Source: Dimorphilus gyrociliatus (lineage: Eukaryota; Animalia; Annelida). Taken from it: 64,000 bases of DNA. The notes beneath the pieces are model-generated. The model searched no databases. It was not told the origin of the DNA and worked only from the letters and a program-made list of their open reading frames with translations. A program made the translations under genes and the position numbers. The stretch lies in the NCBI GenBank assembly GCA_904063045.1, contig CAJFCJ010000007.1, positions 1,332,510 through 1,396,509 of the forward strand, written 5' to 3'. Positions 20,201 to 31,748 of the stretch are shown one piece after another (the stretch's first letter is position 1; the number at the start of each line of letters is the position of its first letter).

Positions 20201-23200
20201 GAAAAATAAATTCACCATTCTTAAGGTTCGTTGAATATTTATTCTGACATGTTTTACCCCTATTTTAGGCGAAAAGGATTAAAATTTAATGTAAAACCAA
20301 ATAAGTGTAATGAAAAATTACCCGAATCCTTTCGAACATTTGCAACTGATCTCAGTCCAATTATCAATGCAAATTCCATCATTTTGACAATAATCATCAG
20401 TACATACAACCGGATTGGGACATCCAGGCTTCAGGTTTGACTCAGTAGAATTGGGCGGAATTAAGTTGAGGTTAATGCCATCTATTTTCAAATTCTGAAA
20501 TATATATATATATATATAGTCTTTGATTATATTAATGATAATAACTTACTGATAAACAACCCTTAAACTGATTCGAAGATCGTAAAATGCTTCTTATGTA
20601 AGCATCAATTGTTGGAAGTCCACCAACGTAAATATTATCAAATTTCCTCTCTACTTTGAAAGATTTACTCTGCTGGAAACAATGCGGACCGCCATTACAA
20701 GTTACTGGTTGAGTAGTTAAACTTATGGAATTCTCGTAAATTTTAACTGAACAATCGATATCCACAATCCCATTTAATTTGACAAGATTAATTTGAAGAC
20801 GAATCAATGCTTGATTAGAGGATAAAGAAACAATTATATATTCGTTGTATAACTCGATTATGATGTTTTGGTTTGATCCGAAGAGACCAAGAATAAAGCC
20901 ACTTAATACAGATGTCTTTAAATTAAACTCTATGGTTACTATAGGATTAATAGCTCTTTTTTTGCGAGTTTTATCAGGAAATTGCAAAATTGTGAACGAT
21001 TTCCCATCGAAAGTTGCTGTGGTGACAACTTCACAACGATTTCCACTTATTCCTTGAGGGCATTTACACGACCACGACTTACCCCTTTCCATACACTCGC
21101 CACCATTTAAACATGGTCCAGATGAGCACTCTGATATATTTAATTCGCAATTCGATCCAGTAAAACTAATTGAGCAATTACAACTATAACCATTCACTTG
21201 ATTAACGCAAGTACCATTATTGAAACAAGGCTGTGACTGACAGTTGTCAATTGGAATTGAGCAAGTAACACCGCTATAACCTTGAGGACATGTACATCTG
21301 AAAGAATTAACATAATCTGTGCAAGTTGCCCCATTAGCGCAAGGGTTAAAACTCTTGCATTCGTCTATGTCAATACTACAATTTTTTCCAGCAAATCCAG
21401 GAGGGCAGGAGCATTGATATCCTAAAATGAAAACAAGGATTAGTGAGACAATTTAACCTTAAAGGCTATAAACTGTACCTGTTATCAAGTTTTTACATGT
21501 AGCATTATTTTGGCAAGGATTATCAGAGCAATCCGTAACTCTCGTATCACAGTCTCGTCCTATATAATTGGGCAAGCAGGAACATTTATACGATCCATTT
21601 TCTTCAGTGCATGTCGAATTGTTTTTACAAGGTTGTAATTGACAAGGTCTTATTTGATTTTCACATCTATTTCCTGTATAAAAGCTACTGCATTCGCATT
21701 TAATCGTTGAAGATTCGTTTCTGCAAGTTCCATTATTATTACATGGATTCGGTTCGCAGGCGTTCGTTTGTTCCTCGCATCTCGAACCACTAAAACCAGT
21801 TTTACAGCGGCATAAAAATTGAGACCCAATTCTCTCTTCACATTGTCCATTGTTCAGGCAAGGATTAATAGCGCACTCCTTAATATCAATTTCGCAATTT
21901 TTTCCTGTCCAAAATGGATTGCAAATGCATTTGTAGTCACCCATTTCGTCAACACATAGACCTCCATTTTGACACGGTTTCGCAACGGAGCATTCGTCGA
22001 CATTTACAAGGCAAGTTCTACCAGCCCATCCTGACGCACATTGACAGCTAAAAGTCGAAGTAGTCTTTGAACATGTTCCATTATTATTGCATGGATTAAT
22101 ATCACAACCATTTGAGTCGAATTCACAATACTTCCCCGTCCATTTGGGTGGACATGTACAAGTGAATCCTCTCCTTCCGTCTGTCCACTCGTGGCAAGTA
22201 CCAGAGTTTTTGCACGGATTTGATCTACAATCGTATACATCTCCTTCACACCTTTCGCCGATAAAACCATCTTGACAAGAACACTTGAAACCAATTGAAA
22301 CTCTTGCATCACGAGTACAATTGCCTCCGTGTAAACATGGATTTGGGAAACAAACGTCTGTATCAATTTCGCACCTTAATCCTTCGAAAGGATAAACACA
22401 ACTGCATGAATATTTTTCATTTGTACTCGTGCAAGTACCGGAATTTAAACAAGGAGAAGAAGAACATTTATCGGCTAATTCGGAGCAATTTTTACCCGTT
22501 TTGCCTTCAGGACAATTACAACTATATCCGTTGACTTTATCGATGCATACTTGAAAAGGTAGACAGGGTTGAGATTTGCATTCGTCTTCGTCAATTTCAC
22601 ATAATGCACCTGAGAATCCGGATGGACATGTACAATTAAAAACTCCTATAGAAGGTTCTGTACAAGTTCCCCCATTCTTACAAGGAGTTGATGAACATTC
22701 ATTAAAGTCTATAAGACAATTTGTCCCTGAATAACCGGCTTTACAGCTACAATTGAAGGCATTAATTAAATTGTGGCAAGTTCCACCATTGTAGCAAGGA
22801 GAGGATGCGCATTCATCTATTTCATCTTCACAATTACTGTGTTGATATCCAGGTTTACATAGGCACTTATAACCGCCCTTTTGTTCTTCTAAACAAATTC
22901 CATTCTTACAAGGATTAAAAAATTTACATCTCCTTACAACAGCTTCGCATCTATCACCAATAAAACCATCTTTACATTTACAACTAAATGCATTTCGTTG
23001 ATTTGTACAAGTTCCCTCAAAGAAACAAGGATTAGAAGCACATTCGTCTAAGTCCTGTTCGCAATTTTTTCCTGTCCATCCGGAAGCGCATATACAACTG
23101 TAGCTGCCTGGTGTATTTTTACATTGAATATGATTTCTACAAGGCAACGAAATAGCACATTCGTCAATATCTACTTCACATCTGGAACCTGTCCATCCAG

Positions 23201-26200
23201 GTAGACAGGAACACTTAAAAGCTGCTAACTCGTTTTGGCATGTTCCACCATTCAAGCAAGGATTAGAAGCGCATTCGTTTACGTCCTCTGTACAAAATTT
23301 TCCCTTCCAACCCGATCTACATATGCAAGAAAATGAATTTAAACCATCTGCACATCTAGCTCCATTACGGCATTGTTGATTTCCGCCATTAATGAGACAG
23401 TCGTCGATACTCTCATTACACCTTTTACCCGTCCATCCGGTTTTGCAGTCACACTTGTAGACATTGGTTCCATGTGTACATGAACCACCATTGTAGCAAG
23501 GACTACTAGCACATTCATTTACATCAATAGAACAATCGTTTCCAGTCCATCCATCCTTACAACTACATTTGAATGAATTTGTTCCTTCAATGCACGTACC
23601 GTTATGTTGACAAGGTTGAGAATGACACTCTTTCACATCCTCGTCGCATTTTAATCCAGTCCAACCATCTACACATTTACAAGACCATTTATTTCCTCCA
23701 TTAATGCATGTTGAATTATTTAAACATGGATTAGATAGGCACTCATTATAGTCTTGATCACAATTTCTGGCTGTCCACCCTTTAACGATTACGTAATATA
23801 GGATCAACTTTCATAAAATTTATTTAACAACCAATCTAAATGTTACCTGGTTCACACGTACAAGAATATTGAGCAATTAGATTATTGCACGTCCCGTGTA
23901 CACAAGGTGCACTTGAGCACTCATTAATATCAACCGTACAGCGTTTCCCAGTCCATGCTGGAGAGCACTGACATTTAAATGAGTTAACTAGATCTGTACA
24001 TGTTCCAGAGTTAGCACATGGATTTGGTAGGCAGTCGTCTATATCAGTTTCGCATCTACTTCCTGTAAAACTAATTAGAGAAGAAACTCTTTAACTCTCG
24101 CTCGAAAATTTTACGGTATTAAGTTTTAGAAAACTCACCCTGGTTTACAAGAACAGGTAAAGGAATTCGTACCTTCTAAGCATTCGCCGTTTTTACCGCA
24201 AGGATTACTAAGGCATTCCTTCTTATCTTCGTCGCAATTCTTTCCAATCCAACCGTCGGTACATACACAGGTATATTTATTTGGTCCGTTTACACAAGTA
24301 CCTCCATTTTTACAAGGTTTCGTAAGGCACTCGTCAATATCCTCTTCGCAAGTGCGTCCTGTCCATCCAGGACTACATTCGCATGAAAATGCATTTTGAA
24401 GATTGTTACACTTAGAATTATGCTTGCAAGGTGTAGAGGCACATTCATTTACGTCAGTCTGACATCGGACACCTGTTTGAATGAATAATAATATTATTAA
24501 TAATAATAATATAAAAAACAACAATAACAAATAATAGGTAATTTGGAAAGCTTTATATGAGATGATGCTGTAACTAAAAGGATGTACAAACCATTAGGAA
24601 ATGATAGAAAAATTACGGAAAGAACAATTAACATTCTAGTAATGAAAGAACAGAAGTAACAGATCAGCGGCGTGTATTGAAATAGGCGATTAGCTACGGA
24701 AGGGATTAAAATCGATAAATGAAAGAAATTGATGTTTGCCTGATGTTGTTATGGCAGCTGCTTTGCTCTTAAAAAAAGAAACAAAAAGTGTTCCTACCTT
24801 GCCAACCGTTTGAGCATGAACAAGTGAAAGCGTTCACTAAATTTAAGCATGTTCCATTGTTGGAGCAAGGATTTGAAATGCATTCGTCAATTTCTGTTGA
24901 ACATTTCTGGCCAGTGAAGCCAGCAAAACAACTGCAGGAATAACTCCCTGGGGAGTTAATGCATTGTGAATTTTTTGAGCATGAAGTCGGTAATAGGCAC
25001 TCGTCTATAAATTTCCACAAACGAAAAGTAAATTATGATTATTCGGTTAGATTAAAACGCTCAAACCTTTATCAATTGTACAGTTTTTGCCAGACCACCC
25101 TTCTTTACAAGTACAAGATAGAGTACCGTCAATTTCAGAACATGTTCCATCGTTGTCGCAAGGATTGGGTAAACAAGGATCTCTCTTCGAGCAATTTTTA
25201 TCCGTATATCCGGTTAAACATTGGCACTTGTAGTCATTAATAAGATCCTGACATTTTCCTCCATTGAGACAGGGAGATGGAGAACAGTCATCAATATTCA
25301 AGCAACGTAATGGGTTAAAATTATCTACTCTCCTAAAACCACTAGAACATTCGCAAACAAAATTGCATGTTTGAGAAGGAGATTGGCACTTTGTTTGGCA
25401 AGATAAACTAGGCGAGCATTGTCCTGATTGTATCAAAGACGAAGATGAATAAAAAGCTTTTGACAAAAATAATTTAATTACCAAAAACAATTTCATTGGA
25501 CTGTTTAGTTTGTGTTTGCAAGTTAACAGTTGGGGCCGGTTCAATGATTTGATTATAAGTCACAAATTTTGGTGCTTCCTGACAACTAGGCAAAGCTGTT
25601 TTAGCTTCAATAGGAAGAGTTGAAGGAAGTTTTGAAGGGGGAGCTCCTCCAATGTGTAAAGAATTGGCGTTAAGGGTAAAAGCTGCTGTTTGGCTTCCTT
25701 TAAGAACACAACGCAGTTTATATTTTGAAATATAGACTTGCTGTAGAAGTAAAACTTACCATAAGTGACACGCAGTAGAAACCTAGCTGCTTCATCTGTT
25801 AATTCCGCTATGTTTCCAGTACGTACAATGCGAACTGACTTCCAATTTCCGTCGTTAAAGTCATTCCTGGATGTTAAACCAACAGCAGGTACACCTGTTC
25901 CTCTTGTGTTTAATGCAATAGCTATTCTTCCATTGGATAGGTAAATGGCCAAGTAAGCTGGCCCTTCCAATAAACCAATAAGTCCATCCGGAGCTTTCGT
26001 TCTGAACTTTACGGATAAAATAGTTCTCGTTGTTGTCTCTACAGGAACGTCTAATGTCGCGTACGATAGAGTTGATTTGATTGTTGCTATTGACGGTTTA
26101 ATGCATATATGCTTTGGACAGGGAGAGATAATAGCATTCTTTTCATCAGCATCGTCAATATTCAGGCTAATTGCCGATGTTGACAAACTAGTTAGACAAA

Positions 26201-26870
26201 CTATAGGAAAGGCTGTAAGTCTTTCAGTATATAAACGTAAATTACTGGCACTTTTATAGCCACCTGTAAAATATGTAACAAAACTGAATCAATAATGAAG
26301 ATAACATAATTAAATAAAGTTTAAGTGACAAACCTACTAAAACTAGACCATTCTGTAGTTTATTTACATCTAATCCCAGACCAATAGAAACTAAATATTC
26401 AACAGTAGCAACTTGACCATTTACGTTTGCTATTGTTCGTACTCTAGAGTCAAGATTGTATACATTGACAGTATTAGTTGTATTAGGTGAAAGATTCGCC
26501 TTTATTAATAATTCTATAACAGTATTTGAAGTCTTCCATTCCAAGTAAAAGTTGCCTAGAGAGGAAGTACGATATAGAATATACAGTTTGTATATAATAC
26601 GAGAAACGATGGTGTTGTCATAAAAAAAAGTATATCTTCTTTACCTGAAACAATTCCTGCAGCAAAAAAGAAATCTTCACCACCTTCAGTATATAATAGC
26701 AAGCCTCCTTGATCATTACAATAAACAAAGGAGAATGAAATACTTCTTTCTAATCCGCTTAGAGTCTTTCTATTCCACAAGGCATATGTGTGAGCATCTA
26801 TGAACCATTTGCACCGAGATACTTGAGTTAAATATGCTAAGAAAGAGAAGAGAAAAATGGTCTTATGCAT
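17277..26870 (-). CDS. Crumbs-like single-pass EGF/laminin-G receptor (multi-exon)
   Basis: Signal peptide [20 protein letters not shown] at 26870. LamG-like domains ([12 protein letters not shown]; [12 protein letters not shown]; [11 protein letters not shown]) and dozens of EGF/cbEGF repeats are joined by phase-compatible GT-AG introns (e.g. 26644-26556, 24797-24473). [26 protein letters not shown], then a 41-aa tail with [10 protein letters not shown] and C-terminal PRPKEILV resembling the Crumbs GxYxPxxxE and ERLI motifs. Internal exon boundaries were only partly traced. Confidence 0.75.
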
Positions 26871-28369
26871 AGCATAGGTAAATCCTGAATGACTGTTAAA
26901 CTGTATTTTTACTAATCAATTATAGCTTTAAGAGTTAAAATCATATTTAGTAATAAAAAATACAGCATCGATAGTTCATTGTAGCATTGTTTATGTATTC
27001 AGCATCTGCGCCCAAACTGAAACAGATGTTGCACGTGTTAGACGATTAAATAGAATATCATTATTGAATATTCAAATGTTCCCCTACTACATGCTGTAAT
27101 AGATTTACTATTTTCATTTAGAATTATTCAATGACCATCACTATTTGTTTATCTTTTGTAACAAGAAACAATAATAGTTGTTACTTGGAGAGACAATGAC
27201 TAATTGAAGAAAAGTATATTTAAGAGATAAGAGATGAGAAAATAGAATTACTATAACTCAATTACCATAAAAAGAAGTATGATAGATTATTATATAAAGC
27301 TTATATCATAGTTTGTTTGTTGATGTTGTTGTTGTTTTTGTTGTTTGTTCAATTTTTTATAATAAAAAAAAAGCAACTGAATAAAAAACTTATAAAATGA
27401 TAATTGATTTTTGCATTATTTGCATATAAATATTAAGCTTTATGCTATATGAATATATAAACGTATAAGTGTATAGTTCTTTATTTATACATATAATGCA
27501 TTTTAAGGGAGAAAAAATCAATCATAAAGTGATACATATGATAAAATCTGTAGAATGTACACTATTATGGTTTAAATGGTTCAAATATGTAGTAGAATGC
27601 AAAATACAATGATATAATTAAATTTTGTAATATTATATATAATATATATTTCTAAGCGTTTTAGTTAGGCATATGTATACTCATTACGTGTATATTCCAT
27701 AGTTATGGGTTGCGTTATTAAAGAGTTTTCTTTTATAAACATTAGCATAGTTATTCAAATTGAAGTATTAATTAATTGAAAAATCGTATTGAAAGAGATG
27801 AGAGAAAGAGTGTCTATGTACGTTTTCAGAGAGAGGCAGAGAGAGACAGGGGATAGAGATATTTTGTATAATTTATATATAAATGCATAGTATATGAAAA
27901 TTGCTCATAAAAGTCTAAAATGGTATTTTACAATGATTAAAATATGAATATTTTCATTTATAGTTATAAAATTATAATATAATTTATTTTACTGCTCTTT
28001 ATTCAGTTGTCTTATCCCGATATTTTCTTCTCTTTAAATGATCAATCAATAGAGAACTTTTTCGTATAGGTAATACAAAACTATGGATATATCTTTCTTA
28101 GATTGTTCTCTTCCTATATATGTTGGAAAATGGACTCTATTCTATTAAATCTAATAATTTTCTTGTTGGCTTAGAGGTATTAGTTTTCCAACGATAGGTG
28201 GCGCTTTTCTAAGCCCCCTGAAGCAAATTTTCTTTCTTCTAAACTTATAGCATGTTACGGTGGTAGCCCTCTTTCTGTGCCCTTAAAGCTGCTAAGTTCT
28301 CTCGCTAGATACCTCATCTATTTTATGTAAGTAACCAGTAATAAGAAAAAGGTGTGAATATGGACTTTA

Positions 28370-28372
<3 letters not shown>

Positions 28373-28430
<58 letters not shown>
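28373..28430. repeat. Compound (TC)n(TA)n microsatellite
   Basis: TC run 28373-28400 directly followed by TA run 28401-28430. Confidence 0.9.
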
Positions 28431-28433
<3 letters not shown>

Positions 28434-28887
28434 TATTCATGAATAAATATATCTTTTACAAGGATACTATCTGTCCAGAAGAGAGAGAAATGATTATTAT
28501 TAAAAACAGTACTGTGTATATCATGTATTTCCTATTTTGCATGCTTTTGTTTATATGCAGGATAGTGTATATATATAGAGTGTTTATGTAATTTTCAGAA
28601 TAGCTAGAGAAAAGCGTAAAGGAGCAAATTGAAAATTTACTTTCTACCTAATTACAAAATACTCGGTTGACCCTTGTAATTGATTTGTAAAGTGCTATAA
28701 TTAAGTACTTTTTAAAGTCCAAAAGAAAGATATTAATAATAAATGATCAATTTTATAGAAATTTATTAGTTTAATGAATTAACTATATATTCAATAGATT
28801 TGTTAGATTGATTAATTAATTAATAAATTAATCAATTACTATTTTATTTTATATTTTATTATTCTAAATAATGATGTTTTCTCATTC

Positions 28888-28890
<3 letters not shown>

Positions 28891-28926
<36 letters not shown>
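28891..28926. repeat. (CT)n microsatellite just upstream of the LRR gene start
   Basis: CT run seen directly; could act as a polypyrimidine or GAGA-type element. Confidence 0.85.
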
Positions 28927-28930
<4 letters not shown>

Positions 28931-28965
28931 AGCTCTTATTTATTAATTTTTGTTTGAACACAGAT

Positions 28966-31056
28966 ATGAGAAAATTAAACATTATCATCCTGCATATTTT
29001 TTGTACAACTTACGCAATTTTAAGACCTTCTTTGGAGAATTGCCCTACTAATTGTGATTGTAAAGAACGAATCTACAATTGTACATCAAGATTAATTCAT
29101 ATTATTCCAAAAGTTGATTTGGCTGTAAAAGTTTACTATTCTTATAACAGAATTCATGATTTACCCGAAAACTGGCTGGAAAATGCTACAAATTTAAAAT
29201 CTATTCATTTAGATAATAATCTATTGGAAACAATTAACCAACTATCATTTACTGGTGCGAATAAACTACAATTGTTGAACTTTTCATGTAATTCTATTGA
29301 AGAATTAATTATTCATTATTCATCTCCCATTCTAAAGCTTACTACTCTCGATTTATCGAGTAATCTATTAACTGTCATTCCACAAAATCTCTCCAGTTTC
29401 GCTCCTAACCTACAAACATTGGATTTATCATCAAACCTAATTAAAACAATCAATTTTGACATTTCATACAATATTATGAAATCATTAACATATTTGGATA
29501 TAAGCAACAATAATATCAAAGAAATAATGGGAAATGATGTAAAATATTTAGGCAATACCGTAATTAAAACATTAAAACTGGACAATTGCAATACAAATTC
29601 GATTCATCCAAACTTCCTTTCTACATTCTCCAACATCAAGTATTTACATATGAAAAACAACGAGCTAAACGAAGATGCTATGGAGAGAATGTTTCAAAAT
29701 GTATCTTTGAATAATAATCTTACATCTCTGCATATTCAGGGAATGAAGAAGAGCATAACTGTAACATACGAGATATTCAGACATATAAAGAATCTTGAGG
29801 TGTTGGATATGTCAAATGGAAATTTAATAGCAGTTGAACCTCAAATTTTTAAGACAATCCTCAAGATAAAAACGATAAATATGGCTAATAATAAACTATC
29901 AAGACTTAAAGGAATTGATTATCTAAGAAATCATTCATTATCATATCTCAATTTGCGAAGTAACAGAATTGAAGATTTATCTTACATCTCATTAAGGAGT
30001 CTTAAATATTTTGACCTTAGCTATAATAGGGTAAAGACTGTTCCTGCAAATTGGCTTACGGATAATAAGATGTTGAAAAAATTAAATCTTAGGAACAACA
30101 AGATTTCGAAGATAAGCGAAAAATCATTAAGAAGATCAAATATTGAATTTATCGATGTTTCACATAACAAGTTAAAAGTTTTGAATTCTTTCGGTGCCTC
30201 ATCAATAAAGCATATAGATTCTTCTTTTAATGAAATTAAATCTATTTCAATCGATCTCTGGAAAAATCTGGATTCTAGTTTACAAAAATTGAATCTATCC
30301 AATAATAATCTTGCTAAAATACCAAAATATGCAGCTGTTAACTTGAAAGAATTAGCTCAAGTTGACTTAAGTTATAATCCTATTGGAAAACATCTAGTTA
30401 AGACTGCTAATAGGAAAACAATATTGAATGTATTCAATTACGTTCAAGAGCTCTTAATGGACTCTTGTGAAATTGATATTATTCCGGATAGCGTTACGAA
30501 GAAATTCAACTTTTTAACAACACTTTCATTAAGTAATAACATTATCAGTAATCTTCAAGATTTGCATTTAAATAATTTAAAACATTTATTAAATTTAAAT
30601 CTAACTAAAAATCAATTAGAAAATGTTAATCCAAAAGATTTAAAAGATATAGCATTTTTGGAAAGTATAGACTTATCATTTAATCCTTGGAATTGCTTAT
30701 GCAATATTCAATCATTTATTAAATGGTTGAATAAGACGAGTGTTTCAATAGAATTTTATTCAAAGAATTCGCAAAGATATATTTGTCAACAACCTTATGA
30801 ACTTTATCGAATTCCTCTCAAGAACATCAATCTCAAAGAGTTGAATTGCGACGTAAAAAAATCCAAAACCATTATTAAAACGACAATAATATCAGTAATT
30901 TGTTTCGTATCTTTCTCTTTGTTTTTATTATTGGTTGTTAGATTTTGTAATATTGGTGAAAAAGTTCGTATTTTGCAAAGTAAATGGCAAATCAGATATC
31001 GTGAAGTTTCGTCATTAGATACACACGAAGTACATTGTGATTCCTCAACTGTTTAA
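28966..31056 (+). CDS. Single-pass leucine-rich-repeat receptor without a TIR domain
   Basis: ATG 28966, signal peptide, LRRNT (CPTNCDC), many LxxLxLxxNxL repeats, LRRCT (NPWNCLC...YICQQP), TM IISVICFVSFSLFLLLVV and a ~40-aa tail. Single coding exon. Confidence 0.88.
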   Translation: MRKLNIIILHIFCTTYAILRPSLENCPTNCDCKERIYNCTSRLIHIIPKVDLAVKVYYSYNRIHDLPENWLENATNLKSIHLDNNLLETINQLSFTGANKLQLLNFSCNSIEELIIHYSSPILKLTTLDLSSNLLTVIPQNLSSFAPNLQTLDLSSNLIKTINFDISYNIMKSLTYLDISNNNIKEIMGNDVKYLGNTVIKTLKLDNCNTNSIHPNFLSTFSNIKYLHMKNNELNEDAMERMFQNVSLNNNLTSLHIQGMKKSITVTYEIFRHIKNLEVLDMSNGNLIAVEPQIFKTILKIKTINMANNKLSRLKGIDYLRNHSLSYLNLRSNRIEDLSYISLRSLKYFDLSYNRVKTVPANWLTDNKMLKKLNLRNNKISKISEKSLRRSNIEFIDVSHNKLKVLNSFGASSIKHIDSSFNEIKSISIDLWKNLDSSLQKLNLSNNNLAKIPKYAAVNLKELAQVDLSYNPIGKHLVKTANRKTILNVFNYVQELLMDSCEIDIIPDSVTKKFNFLTTLSLSNNIISNLQDLHLNNLKHLLNLNLTKNQLENVNPKDLKDIAFLESIDLSFNPWNCLCNIQSFIKWLNKTSVSIEFYSKNSQRYICQQPYELYRIPLKNINLKELNCDVKKSKTIIKTTIISVICFVSFSLFLLLVVRFCNIGEKVRILQSKWQIRYREVSSLDTHEVHCDSSTV

Positions 31057-31748
31057 GATAGCTGCAGCCGATTTTATAGTTTTGCTTTTAAATGTTCTTT
31101 TTATACATATATGTCTATATAGAAACTAAATGATTGCACTTTGTTTATATTTTTATTGGACTCGATAATATCTTAGTAAGTCCCTCATTTCAAAATCAGA
31201 GGTATTATAGCATCAATGTCAATGAGGCAACGAGTTTTCATATCGGATATCAGTGAGAAAGAAAATCATGTATTGTTAGTTCTTTCTCACAGTATTCATA
31301 CATTTTTGCCAGGAAAAAGCATGTTCTTTTCCTTTGGTAAAAGACTCTTCATCCGCCAAAAGTTAATACAACAATTTTAAAAGATTTCAATACAAATAAA
31401 AGAAAGTTCCTTCGTTTTTGTTGCTTTCCTTAACGTAAAACTACACTTCTCCAATACACTACAATACCAAAACATATATTACTTTTCATAGAGATGCATG
31501 AAAAGGGGTCATATATTAATGATGAACTTTCGGTCTGTAACAGCAGCAGTAGAGTAAAAGTTAAAGATTAAATTAGAAACAGATTTAACTAAAAAGACGC
31601 TTTCTTTAGAACTATTCAAAAAACGATATATCAAACAATAGAAAACATACGATTTCTTTCAATGCAAGAATCTGCATTGTGTATTATTTCTTTTCCATAA
31701 ACAAATAAATGCTTAATAACAACTAACTAAAAAGTCCAACCTCCCATT

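Noticed and set aside
17707-22534. Many antisense or alternate-frame ORFs over the EGF array (17707, 18296, 18706, 20845, 21650, 22004, 22087, 22295)
   Set aside because: Shadow ORFs of a repetitive Cys-rich CDS with no independent signals.
17277-26870. Notch or Delta/Serrate identity; CRISPR-like periodicity
   Set aside because: No LNR, ankyrin or DSL domains, and the tail is short and Crumbs-like. The ~114-nt periodicity is EGF codon repetition in a eukaryotic gene.
28966-31056. Toll-like receptor call
   Set aside because: Stop codon about 40 aa after the TM, and no TIR-coding sequence before the convergent UHRF1 3-prime end.
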